Position numbers and translations under genes: made by a program. Below are positions 18,617-27,682 of a DNA stretch of 37,413 nucleotides, piece by piece. Within the stretch, counting starts at the first letter, position 1; every line of letters begins with the position of its first letter. The DNA is taken from the IMG/VR virus record IMGVR_UViG_3300022670_000248, positions 1 to 37,413 of that record; one strand, written 5' to 3'. Under the pieces are notes generated by a model. That model made no database searches, was not told the origin of the DNA, and saw nothing but the letters and a program-made list of their open reading frames with translations. This DNA comes from a virus (taxonomy: Duplodnaviria > Caudoviricetes).

Positions 18617-20418
18617 CAGGCATTAGCTTGGAGGTCTTCGGACTTCGTATGGTCAACCACACAGCCGCACAACTCCGTCATGCCCTCGGAATCGTTATCG
18701 ACAGAGGCGTAAATTCTATTTGCAACCAACATTTGCACCATTCCTAGTTCCGTCGAGTTTAATTGTTTCATCAATTCAACAAGTTCGGCGTTATCTTCTT
18801 TGGATAACCCGGTTGTTAAACTGTCAGCCTGTCGTTTGGCAAGATCACCCAGATAAGACAGGTCAAATTTCAACACTTCTGCGCTTTTCGCAATGGTGGT
18901 TGAAATCGGGCTTTGAGCAGGCGGCTTATTCTGCCCGTTTGAACTATCTTCACCCTCGGACGAAGCCATACCAATATTCCGCTCGGCTATATCGTCCTCA
19001 TCAGCAAGAAGCGGCTTTAAATTCACCGTGCCGATCATATTTAGCTCGTCAATGAGAGTCTTCTTGGTGATCGCTTGACCATTCATGGCAAGTATAAGGG
19101 ACTGAATATTTGTATTGGCATCAGCAACAGTTAGCGGGTTCGATTTGAGAATGTATTTACCGCCAGTCAAATCCTTCATGATGCTGTTATTCATAATCTC
19201 ATCAAACTCCATACGCTCGGGGGCGAATACTTGCGCCTCGGCTAGAGTGTAGGAAGCGAAAACAGAAGCATACGAATAATCGTCAGCCTTACCAATGAAC
19301 AAGGGCGGTAACCGGAAGGATGCCCGGATTCTTTGTTCGCATCGCTCATCATAATGCTCGAACATCGAATCGTTTTGCTTCTCCGATCCAAATGACTCAA
19401 CATCAACCTTAACACCCCCACCTTTTTCGATGGTTCCTGATGTTGACTGAATATCAGCAACAATTCCCTTGAGCTTATCTTTGGCTCGACCAGACAACAG
19501 GGCTTCGAGTTGCTTACGTGCTACCTCAGCCATCGCACCACCAGAGATAAATATCATCATGGGCGGGATGCCGCCCGATTCGAAATACTCAAGATTTAAT
19601 TCTTCAGCAGATCGGGAACCGACTACCGAAGGCAATTGATTCAACCAGCGAGGTACACCGTAAGGACTTGCAGCAGATCGGTGAATCACCTGATATATAA
19701 TTTCAGTGGCACGATCACCAGACGGAAGGGTCTCTCCTTTCTTCGACCATACACCAGTATTTTTATGTAGGTCTCGATTCGAACCAAATTCTTTAAAATA
19801 CACCTTCCTGTTTGCATTGAGTTGGACAAACCGGCGTTCTCGAACCTGTAGTGTTGTTTTAACTTCGACACCGCCCCGAAGCAATGTGCGAGTTGCAGTT
19901 ATTGGTAGTCCTAATTTCATCAGGCGAATCGACTTGGATTCGAGAGGCCGCAGGAACACAATCCCACCGGCAGGGTTTCGGATAACTTCAATAACCCCAT
20001 ACCCTGAAATTTCTAACTGGCGTCGATGCTCACGGCGCAGTGTTGTATAAGACATCCCCGGAAAAACTTCGGTTAAAACTTCCGAAACATTTTTGGTTTC
20101 TGCCCGATCTTCATCAGTCATATCTTCGCCATCGGCTCGAAGTATCTCGGAGCCGGTTCCATCGATATTGACTTCCATCGCTGAGATACACTGATTGAGT
20201 GCGTTGTTTTGTTCAACAAGGGAATAGTATTTTTCGGGGTTTATTTCGGGGACGATTACTCCATCATCGTAATTACTCTGGAATGTGTCTTCGACTTCAA
20301 GGGCATTCGAAGTAATCTGTGCTTCGGCCTTGATAATCGCAGTCATCCGAACATCAAGTGTAGGCTTCTCAACAGCCGATTTCTTTTTTCTTGTACTGGT
20401 TTTTAATTTAGCAGCCAT
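18616..20418 (-). CDS. Portal protein, PBSX XkdE-like
   Basis: YGVPRW, NLEYFESGGIPPM, IRASFRLPPLFIG, AEAQVFAPER motifs. Confidence 0.92.
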   Translation of the reverse strand: MAAKLKTSTRKKKSAVEKPTLDVRMTAIIKAEAQITSNALEVEDTFQSNYDDGVIVPEINPEKYYSLVEQNNALNQCISAMEVNIDGTGSEILRADGEDMTDEDRAETKNVSEVLTEVFPGMSYTTLRREHRRQLEISGYGVIEVIRNPAGGIVFLRPLESKSIRLMKLGLPITATRTLLRGGVEVKTTLQVRERRFVQLNANRKVYFKEFGSNRDLHKNTGVWSKKGETLPSGDRATEIIYQVIHRSAASPYGVPRWLNQLPSVVGSRSAEELNLEYFESGGIPPMMIFISGGAMAEVARKQLEALLSGRAKDKLKGIVADIQSTSGTIEKGGGVKVDVESFGSEKQNDSMFEHYDERCEQRIRASFRLPPLFIGKADDYSYASVFASYTLAEAQVFAPERMEFDEIMNNSIMKDLTGGKYILKSNPLTVADANTNIQSLILAMNGQAITKKTLIDELNMIGTVNLKPLLADEDDIAERNIGMASSEGEDSSNGQNKPPAQSPISTTIAKSAEVLKFDLSYLGDLAKRQADSLTTGLSKEDNAELVELMKQLNSTELGMVQMLVANRIYASVDNDSEGMTELCGCVVDHTKSEDLQANA

Positions 20419-20450
20419 CAACGAGGCCCAACAGAAAAATGGATTAGATA

Positions 20451-20479
20451 AGCTTACACCTACCTAACCCATTATTCTA
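20451..20479 (-). promoter_or_regulatory. Putative late-class promoter TAGAAT-N17(GTTAGGTAG)-TAAGCT
   Basis: Third copy of the spacer box, intergenic, upstream of the portal gene. Confidence 0.6.
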
Positions 20480-20500
20480 TACTTCAGCCCTAACAGCAAA

Positions 20501-21145
20501 TCATTTTGCCGCTTGCTTCCATTCCTCCTTTAAACCGAAATTGTCAGCACACACGGGGCCGAAACCTGCCGCAACCGAATTATCGGTTTTAAGGTGCTTA
20601 TTACAAAAACAACAATGGCCTGTTTTCTTGCCGTAGGTAGTGGCGAATCCTGCGGGATCGGTAGACAGTGCGTTCAGCACTAATCCAATTTCGTCTATCG
20701 CCTTATGTGACTTTTCCCACGTACCGTCAGCCTCGACTCTACCGTACCACACGTTCTCACCAAAGGGCTTTCCGTCAGTGACGTTTATAGTCCCCGGCTT
20801 TTTGGCCTTCGCACCAGCCATTGAAAATTGAACGGTTAAACCACACTCGGTCTCGACTGTGATTTTGGGCCACTTCAGTTTTTCTTTTGCCTTGTTGAAG
20901 AGTGCGATAACCCCGGCGAAGTCACCAACCTTTTCGGTGTTCTCGCGGGGGAACATATCGAGTTCCGGGGTAACTACTTGCTTCACCAGTTTATGAACGT
21001 GAAACCACTGCTTTTCTGACAGGCTACCTTTCGTGTTGTAACCGTATTTGCCATTCAACAGTGAGTATGCGAACTCGTGTGAATTACCCAACAGGTCAGT
21101 GTGGGTGAGTTCTTCTAATTTTAAAATTGCTTCTGAGTTTTCCAT
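20501..21145 (-). CDS. DUF6011-like zinc-finger protein
   Basis: C-terminal GHCCFCNKHLKTDNSVAAGFGPVCA motif. Confidence 0.75.
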   Translation of the reverse strand: MENSEAILKLEELTHTDLLGNSHEFAYSLLNGKYGYNTKGSLSEKQWFHVHKLVKQVVTPELDMFPRENTEKVGDFAGVIALFNKAKEKLKWPKITVETECGLTVQFSMAGAKAKKPGTINVTDGKPFGENVWYGRVEADGTWEKSHKAIDEIGLVLNALSTDPAGFATTYGKKTGHCCFCNKHLKTDNSVAAGFGPVCADNFGLKEEWKQAAK

Positions 21146-21173
21146 CGATCTTTCCTAAGTTGATGTTGTACCC

Positions 21174-21206
21174 CTAAGCATAGTTGATTAATTATTATTT
21201 GTCAAG
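21174..21206 (-). promoter_or_regulatory. Early sigma70 promoter, repeat copy 1 (TTGACA-N17-TATGCT)
   Basis: CTTGACAAATAATAATTAATCAACTATGCTTAG. Confidence 0.85.
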
Positions 21207-21210
21207 GTGA

Positions 21211-23598
21211 TTATGCATCTTTTTTATGGCCCACAAAATGAGACTCATAGACCAGCGAAGCGGATGCGCCGGGGAACTCTACTAGCTCAATCATCTCGCC
21301 CATGTTCGGCCCCACTTCAGAATCAACAATGAATTGAAGTTGAGGATGCCAATCAAAAAATTTGACCAGTGGTAGGTTAGCCATGATGCCCTGTATCTCG
21401 GGAACCCAGAAATCTAACTCAGTCAATCGAACATAGGCAGTCAGGGAATCGTGGGTCATGGCAAAGAACTGACAATCCTCATGGTTGCCGTACTTCTCCC
21501 GGTATAACGATAGGGCTAATTGAGCCAGATCAGACAGTGTGGATTGTACCGGGGAATTAATCGCTTGCCTTTCGGCTTGCATCCGCTTTCCGAAGTTAGT
21601 CGAATTGATCATCGGCAAATGGCGCACCCTGCCGAGAGGCGATTGAACAGACTCGTGCTTGTGCGCGTGTGCGCGAGCTTCAGCATGATACTCTCGTATC
21701 TCTGGATACATCCCAAAAAATTGATCCTGCTGAGCCTCTGCCTCGTTCAGCGTCAGCACGACACCGTAAGTATCACGGGCATATATCACGAATCCTTCCG
21801 GGGTGATGTCATATATCAAGCCGAAATTCCCGGCCTTGCCGCCCTGCCGAATTGCTTTTATCAATGGGTCTTTTGCATCCTTCATCGCCATAGCTTCCTT
21901 CAGGGTGTACCCGTTTAACTCGGCCCCGGTTTTCAGATGCAGATCGAATCCCTGTTTATAGGCATTGATCATTCCCCCGCAGTTGGACATACATGCCATT
22001 ACGCGCAACTCTCCTTGGCTGTAGTCCCAACTTACAACAGCGTACCCCTCTGGTGCGGGGAATCCTTTACGCAGCTTCTTGGCCCATTTGGTGTGCTTAG
22101 GTTCCGTCTGGAATGCAGGGTCTTTAAAAGAAGTTCTCCCGGTGACCGTCCCGGCATCATCGTTGTTACCACCATAGTCTCCCCGGTATAAAATTGCGGT
22201 AGGGTGTAACCGTCCGTCTTCACGCAGATGCTTTAGGAAACCAGTCACATAAGTTGACTCGGTTTTCTTTGCCGATGTCCATTCCTTGAGCACCTTTACA
22301 AAGTTCGATGCCTTCGGGTTAAACTCAAACATCTTCAAATGATTAAATGCCGTACTCGGCTCTTTTGTTTTTTCGGTCAACAGTAACGGTTTGAGTTTTA
22401 ACCCTTCCGAATGAGTGAACATAAATTCTTTTATGATTCCTGATTTGGATAGCGCGAAGTCGTCAGCATATTTATTGAGTATTCTATTCGGCATCATGGC
22501 ACGAGCCTGTGCAGTCAACATATCCATCTCTTTGAATAGCTCGACTTGTAGCTCAGCATAGTAGGGAACATCCATCAGGATTCCGTTGTACTCCATATCC
22601 TCGAATGCTCTGGACGCAGGGTGCAACAGGTGGGTATAGAATCTCGTCTGGCTTTTACTTTGCGTCAGCAGCTTCACCATCTTGTTCGCTACTCTGAGAG
22701 TTGCATCAGTATCCCCCCCGGCATAAGGAATTAAATCCGCATCGCTCACCAAGTCCATGCGGGACTTATCCTGAGTCGCGTTAAAAGTGTCATCATACCC
22801 GCCGAGCGTAGGCGCATAGATTTTGCAGTGGGTGTTGAGCGAGTTCGATCTATTCTCATCCAACAGAGACCCGACTAACGTGGTATCCATTTTGAAATTA
22901 GTACACTCGATTCCCCACTTCAATCGAATCCAGAGTAGGTCATATTTTAAATTGGCTCCCACCAGAGATATTCGATCATCATTCAACAGCCAATTTATCT
23001 GATCCCAGATTCCCGAATCACCATCAGGTTGATCTTCCACACCCTTGAATCGAATCAATTCTGAATGACCCTCTTCGTATGATATTGAGACAGACACAAT
23101 AAAAGCTTTGCTGTCAAAGGGATTCAGGGACACGGTTTCTAAATCGAGGGCTACTCGAACCGGCTTGCAGCCAGCCTTATTAAACATATCGTTGAGAATT
23201 GCCGGGACATAATGAAAGTCATCATCAAGTACATAGCTTCCGAGTTGCGGCTCAACACTGCCGGTGTCGAGGTATCTCTTCACCAGTCCGATATCGGTTT
23301 GCATCTTCACGTAACTAGTGTGGTCGAATTCCTTCATATCCCTATCGAAGGTTATAAAACAATGCCCATCACCAATCGGGTGTAGCTTCTCCCGCATTGA
23401 TGTAATCGTTCGGCCTTTAGGCAAAAATCCTGCCTGTTGAATTTCCTTTAGCGGAACCCCGCCCATAGAAAGCAGAACATCCCCCGGTTCTAATTGGGGG
23501 ATGGACAGTGTGGCATGGTAGCGTTTTTTGTCGGTCTTAAATATTTGTAATTCTTCAGCATGTCCCGCCCCCTTTTTCATCGACCAAATTACGAGCAC
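21211..23598 (-). CDS. DNA polymerase, family A, with 3'-5' exonuclease
   Basis: Exonuclease motifs DLET, NLKYD, YAGGD. Motif A DYSQGELR, motif B RQGGKAGNFGLIY (Phe at the E. coli 762-equivalent position), motif C HDS. Confidence 0.97.
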   Translation of the reverse strand: MLVIWSMKKGAGHAEELQIFKTDKKRYHATLSIPQLEPGDVLLSMGGVPLKEIQQAGFLPKGRTITSMREKLHPIGDGHCFITFDRDMKEFDHTSYVKMQTDIGLVKRYLDTGSVEPQLGSYVLDDDFHYVPAILNDMFNKAGCKPVRVALDLETVSLNPFDSKAFIVSVSISYEEGHSELIRFKGVEDQPDGDSGIWDQINWLLNDDRISLVGANLKYDLLWIRLKWGIECTNFKMDTTLVGSLLDENRSNSLNTHCKIYAPTLGGYDDTFNATQDKSRMDLVSDADLIPYAGGDTDATLRVANKMVKLLTQSKSQTRFYTHLLHPASRAFEDMEYNGILMDVPYYAELQVELFKEMDMLTAQARAMMPNRILNKYADDFALSKSGIIKEFMFTHSEGLKLKPLLLTEKTKEPSTAFNHLKMFEFNPKASNFVKVLKEWTSAKKTESTYVTGFLKHLREDGRLHPTAILYRGDYGGNNDDAGTVTGRTSFKDPAFQTEPKHTKWAKKLRKGFPAPEGYAVVSWDYSQGELRVMACMSNCGGMINAYKQGFDLHLKTGAELNGYTLKEAMAMKDAKDPLIKAIRQGGKAGNFGLIYDITPEGFVIYARDTYGVVLTLNEAEAQQDQFFGMYPEIREYHAEARAHAHKHESVQSPLGRVRHLPMINSTNFGKRMQAERQAINSPVQSTLSDLAQLALSLYREKYGNHEDCQFFAMTHDSLTAYVRLTELDFWVPEIQGIMANLPLVKFFDWHPQLQFIVDSEVGPNMGEMIELVEFPGASASLVYESHFVGHKKDA

Positions 23599-23960
23599 TT
23601 ATAATCCCCCACGACATATTTTGATTTCCACTGATCGAAGTCGAGTGCTGTAAGCAGCCCAACATAATCCTCAATCTCGACATACCCGTCTGCCGGGGCC
23701 ATAGCAAGATCAAGTAATGTAACCCTCCTGAGTTGCGCCCCACCCGCCTTGCAGATGATACCCAAATTTCCAATCCTCATTATCGCATATAGCGAATTCA
23801 TGGTCTCATGGATATACAGCCCCTCGATTTTTAAGTCGGCCTGAATATACCCATTGTCAATTTTAACTTTATCCTTTATCTCGAAAACGCCCTCACCAAC
23901 ATAGGCACTAATCTGAAAGGCATCCAGCACTTCGTATAAATTACTTTGGCTTACATTCAT
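23589..23960 (-). CDS. Hypothetical protein
   Basis: 123 aa, overlaps both neighbours in operon style. Confidence 0.65.
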   Translation of the reverse strand: MNVSQSNLYEVLDAFQISAYVGEGVFEIKDKVKIDNGYIQADLKIEGLYIHETMNSLYAIMRIGNLGIICKAGGAQLRRVTLLDLAMAPADGYVEIEDYVGLLTALDFDQWKSKYVVGDYKCS

Positions 23961-24132
23961 TGGTAACCCTGCCCTTGTGTAGTCCTAAATCAATGCCCTT
24001 AAATGACAGGCGTAGAGACTTCTTGGTTTGCCCCGTAACAATCAGCGAATCTTTAGATAGGGTTATGAACTCCCCACCATAGAACGTCTCGCTATCAGCT
24101 TTAGGTTTCGCGATAGCCGTATAATTATCCAT
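23941..24132 (-). CDS. Hypothetical protein
   Basis: 63 aa, TAATG coupling with the upstream gene. Confidence 0.6.
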   Translation of the reverse strand: MDNYTAIAKPKADSETFYGGEFITLSKDSLIVTGQTKKSLRLSFKGIDLGLHKGRVTNECKPK

Positions 24133-24908
24133 TAGATACCTAGCTCCCTAATTTTCTTTTCGTTGATGTTCGCAACTTCCCAACCTTCGAGAACTGACTG
24201 CATCAGGATCAGGTAGCGTTCGAGGGCTAAAGCACCCTCAGCTTGAAAATGAACACTGGCGTAATGTTGGTTATCGTTCAGCCCCAACACTGTCGCTTCC
24301 TTAGCAACACTCGTTGAATACGGTTCCATCCGAACAGACACCTTTTTATTCTTTAACCGGATTGCTAAATGATGCGAACCCTTACGAGCTACAAACACGT
24401 AGCGTGAACCGGAATCGCTTCCCTGCACCTGATCATAAAAATCTTTGGCATCGGCTAGTTTCGGAATCTCGGTTACACCAGACATTTCGTTTTCGATCTG
24501 GTTATGCATCAATGCCGCAGCATCGACAGCTTCCGGTTCCGGTGTAGGTTTTGCAGTTGCATAGTCTAGGGGATCGGGCGCGAGGGTATTCGCAGACCCG
24601 AAAACAGGTATGCCGACGATTGCGAATTTAATCGAGTCCAGAATCATATTGATTTTGACCTCGACTGAACAACCGAATGGGAAATCGATATTGTGAGAAA
24701 CACCGTTCACTTTGAACGTGGCAAGAGTTGCCGAAGCCGACAAGGTAAATTTCGTGGACTTCTGTTGGAGTACCGGGAGAATGTCAGCATCCACCAATTT
24801 GTAAATGGTCGAAGGCTTAAATTTCTTAGTGGTCTCAGACTTGAGAGCCGCCACCAGTGACAACGGGTAAGGGTTCTCGGGCTTTGTAATATTTAATTTA
24901 ATGGTCAT
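24132..24908 (-). CDS. Hypothetical early protein
   Basis: 258 aa, directly behind a promoter repeat and AGGAAAG SD. Confidence 0.8.
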   Translation of the reverse strand: MTIKLNITKPENPYPLSLVAALKSETTKKFKPSTIYKLVDADILPVLQQKSTKFTLSASATLATFKVNGVSHNIDFPFGCSVEVKINMILDSIKFAIVGIPVFGSANTLAPDPLDYATAKPTPEPEAVDAAALMHNQIENEMSGVTEIPKLADAKDFYDQVQGSDSGSRYVFVARKGSHHLAIRLKNKKVSVRMEPYSTSVAKEATVLGLNDNQHYASVHFQAEGALALERYLILMQSVLEGWEVANINEKKIRELGI

Positions 24909-24934
24909 CAGTCTTTCCTATTTCGATGTATCTA

Positions 24935-24967
24935 CTAAGCATAGTTGAGTAATTAATATTTGTCAAG
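24935..24967 (-). promoter_or_regulatory. Early sigma70 promoter, repeat copy 2
   Basis: CTTGACAAATATTAATTACTCAACTATGCTTAG. Confidence 0.85.
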
Positions 24968-25688
24968 ATTTATTTGAGATAATTGACGCACCTTCCACAT
25001 ACATGTAGTGGTGCTTTTTACCCTCAGTAACCTTGCCAAGTTTCACATGGTCTTTAGCCGACTCTTCCTGCCCCCACGGGACATCGGAAAACGAAGGGGC
25101 ATTTTTAATAGTGTTACCAAAACTGTCTTGTTTATCCCACTTCGAATCCCACGAAATATCAGCCTTCGTTTCCTTGATTTTTTTGATCCCGAAATTGGCA
25201 TACAACCAGTCAACTTGCTTCTTCGACTCGACAGCTTTTTTGCAGTAGTTGGCTCGAACGGTTGCCGTAGCATTTTTGTCCCCGGTGATAAACTTGGTTA
25301 AGGCAGCTAGGAATAATCCTGTGCGCCCGTGTCCACCGATACACCCTACAAATACGGTCTTACCTTCCTTCATCGCTTTCGCAGTGTAGGAAAGCAACTG
25401 CTTGAACTCGGCTAAATCTTTCGGCACTCCCATATCGGTAATCGGGAAATAAATATCCACCCCATCGTTCCACGGGTAATTCCGTTCGCCTGTTCGCGCA
25501 CCGTGATCGAGTCCGATATAGACATCAACCTTCGGGTACTGGCTTGTGCAACTGCCACCAATAATCGGCATATCGTTTATGAGATAGGTCGGATGCTTTG
25601 CCCAACAACTCGTATGCTTTGGACTGGACTTTTTGCCACTCCAAATGTCGGTAACTTTTTTCGGTTTTTTGTAACTCATTTTATCCAC
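24963..25688 (-). CDS. PTP/dual-specificity phosphatase-family protein
   Basis: P-loop GCIGGHGRTG (CX5R), acid loop FPITDMGVP, Q-loop AVESKKQ. Confidence 0.88.
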   Translation of the reverse strand: MDKMSYKKPKKVTDIWSGKKSSPKHTSCWAKHPTYLINDMPIIGGSCTSQYPKVDVYIGLDHGARTGERNYPWNDGVDIYFPITDMGVPKDLAEFKQLLSYTAKAMKEGKTVFVGCIGGHGRTGLFLAALTKFITGDKNATATVRANYCKKAVESKKQVDWLYANFGIKKIKETKADISWDSKWDKQDSFGNTIKNAPSFSDVPWGQEESAKDHVKLGKVTEGKKHHYMYVEGASIISNKS

Positions 25689-26673
25689 CCCTCTTCACGA
25701 TAGCCATCTTATCGACACCCATCGAATATTGTTCGCCCGTGTGTACGAATGTGTCAGGCTTCCCATCCTCATCCGTGGTAGGAGTAGGGACATCAAATGC
25801 GCTAGACAATGCACCGGCTTTCGAAATTTCTGCCGGGGGAATGTACGCCGCAAAATCGTCACCAAGAACTTTAGCCGCAGCTTCAACCTCGACTACAAAA
25901 TCCGAAAGATGATTTGCAGAAATTGAGAAGTAAGAAACTTCAGCCTTGTATTTGTCGTAGTGTTGAATCAGTGCCGGGATCGCCCCGCCACGTTGCATAT
26001 CCAACAATTGGGTTAATCCCGAGGCACTAGACTCACTGGTGTAAATCGTATTCTTATTAAAAATCGATCCGGTGTTATGAACCAAGGCCCACGCGACATC
26101 CACCATAGTAAAGGGGGATATTTCGCCGGTTAAAACTTCGGTGATTTTCTTGGAAATATTTTCCCACTTCGGCCCACCGTAGCTACCGCCCGAGAAACAA
26201 TGAACAAACATCCAATCGCAGTACTTAGCAAACATCAGTAGGTCGCGATCTTCCTGTAAGAATTCGTGCCGCGAACCTGAACGATTTTTGCCTTTAATTT
26301 TTTGGGCAAGTTGATAGACATCGATTCCGAAACCGTCTGTAATTTTTTTGGTCTTGCCAGCAATGTGACCGTGACGAGATTCGCCTATCGATATCAACAT
26401 GATATAAGTGAAGATGCGGAAAAAAACTTCTTCCATCGCAGTGTGATGATAATCCACCAACTGGGCAACGTCTTCAGGCAGTTCAACATCGGCTCCGAAC
26501 TTCTGCTCGACTATTCCGAGAACATGAACACCAAGATAAAATTTAATGATATCCTTTTCGGGATTCACCATCACTGAATCGTTGACCGCGATAAACTTTT
26601 CCATATTGATTTTCGCTTGTGAATATTCGCAAGCCTTGAAAAGCATCGACCTTTTTACTTCGTTTAAAATCAC
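25681..26673 (-). CDS. Hypothetical protein with enzyme-like motifs
   Basis: 330 aa with GESRH, SYGGPKW and DxxWxxxHNTGSIFNK. GTG start with AGGAGA SD, behind a promoter. Confidence 0.8.
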   Translation of the reverse strand: MILNEVKRSMLFKACEYSQAKINMEKFIAVNDSVMVNPEKDIIKFYLGVHVLGIVEQKFGADVELPEDVAQLVDYHHTAMEEVFFRIFTYIMLISIGESRHGHIAGKTKKITDGFGIDVYQLAQKIKGKNRSGSRHEFLQEDRDLLMFAKYCDWMFVHCFSGGSYGGPKWENISKKITEVLTGEISPFTMVDVAWALVHNTGSIFNKNTIYTSESSASGLTQLLDMQRGGAIPALIQHYDKYKAEVSYFSISANHLSDFVVEVEAAAKVLGDDFAAYIPPAEISKAGALSSAFDVPTPTTDEDGKPDTFVHTGEQYSMGVDKMAIVKRGG

Positions 26674-26712
26674 TTGAATCTCCTATGTATAAGTGAACAT
26701 TTACTTCTATAA

Positions 26713-26745
26713 CTAAGCATAGTCCATTAATTAATATTTGTCAAG
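26713..26745 (-). promoter_or_regulatory. Early sigma70 promoter, repeat copy 3
   Basis: CTTGACAAATATTAATTAATGGACTATGCTTAG. Confidence 0.85.
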
Positions 26746-26752
26746 ATTTATT

Positions 26753-26766
26753 TGATACTAGTATCA
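26753..26766. repeat. Palindrome copy 3 (TGATACTAGTATCA)
   Basis: 8 nt upstream of TTGACA; overlaps the stop codon of the upstream gene. Confidence 0.8.
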
Positions 26767-27297
26767 CTCAGTATTAAGCCGGGAATGTAGGTCTCTCGCG
26801 ATCAACATCGGGCCGGGGTCATAGGAAGCGACTAGACGCTCCTGTTCCTTCGTTTCAATAGCAGCCGGAAGGTATACCGCCCTCACGTATTTAACAGGCT
26901 CGTAGACCATATAGCCATTCTCGTTGGTGCTTGGATACTGCTTAAAGAATATCCGCAGCTTACCCCACCAAGTTTTCTCGGCTCGGTTTAACTCTTCGAT
27001 TCCGATACAGCGCAACAGGATAGCTATGAACATCCCGGTTCTACCGATGCCACCCATGCATCCGATATACACCTGCCCGTCTTCATCCAGAATTTTAAGG
27101 GTCTCGTAGAGAGGTTGATTCAGCACTGAATGTGCCGGGACTCCGAAATCTGGAATGTCCAACACCACATCAGCAGGTGCATCAATTTCTTTGGCGAGTT
27201 TTACGCCGCGCACCCCTGCGGGTTTGTCGAGGTATCGGCCTCCCATTACCGTGACTTTGCGCCCGTTCAATTCTAATTCTATTGATCCATTCATCAC
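26764..27297 (-). CDS. Second PTP/dual-specificity phosphatase-family protein
   Basis: GCMGGIGRTG (CX5R), IPDFGVP, AIETKEQ. Confidence 0.88.
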   Translation of the reverse strand: MMNGSIELELNGRKVTVMGGRYLDKPAGVRGVKLAKEIDAPADVVLDIPDFGVPAHSVLNQPLYETLKILDEDGQVYIGCMGGIGRTGMFIAILLRCIGIEELNRAEKTWWGKLRIFFKQYPSTNENGYMVYEPVKYVRAVYLPAAIETKEQERLVASYDPGPMLIARDLHSRLNTE

Positions 27298-27682
27298 TAT
27301 CCCCTAGTGCTTGTTTGCCCGTACAGTTTGGACAGGCAATGGTTTTAAAAATTAATCCTTCCTTACAATCGGAGCAACCTACTCCACCACAAAATTCACA
27401 TTGATCCCCGACTTCGATTTGATGGGAATCGAAACAGACATCACACTTAAATAAATAATGTCTGGCGAACTTATCTAAATGGGCCATCGTAATCCCAACA
27501 ATCGACTTGCCTTTTAGCTTGATGATCAACTTGCCGTGTTTAATATTCTGCATGGCAAAATCCCCGCCGCAGTCCACACCGCCCTTGATCAACGTCACAA
27601 TATCCGAGAGCGTATACTCGTTATTCAGGGCAGACAAATCTTCCCTTGCCCCGGATTTAAAAGTGTACAGTCTCTCAGGCAT
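27182..27682 (-). CDS. Protein with DnaJ-type Cys-rich zinc finger
   Basis: Four CxxC motifs (CDVC, CEFCGG, CSDC, CPNC). 3' end overlaps the phosphatase ORF by ~115 nt. Confidence 0.7.
   Translation of the reverse strand: MPERLYTFKSGAREDLSALNNEYTLSDIVTLIKGGVDCGGDFAMQNIKHGKLIIKLKGKSIVGITMAHLDKFARHYLFKCDVCFDSHQIEVGDQCEFCGGVGCSDCKEGLIFKTIACPNCTGKQALGDSDEWINRIRIERAQSHGNGRPIPRQTRRGARRKTRQRN

Noticed and set aside
21211-23598. Intron or intein in the DNA polymerase
   Set aside because: The ORF is continuous, motif spacing is normal and no splicing motifs are seen.
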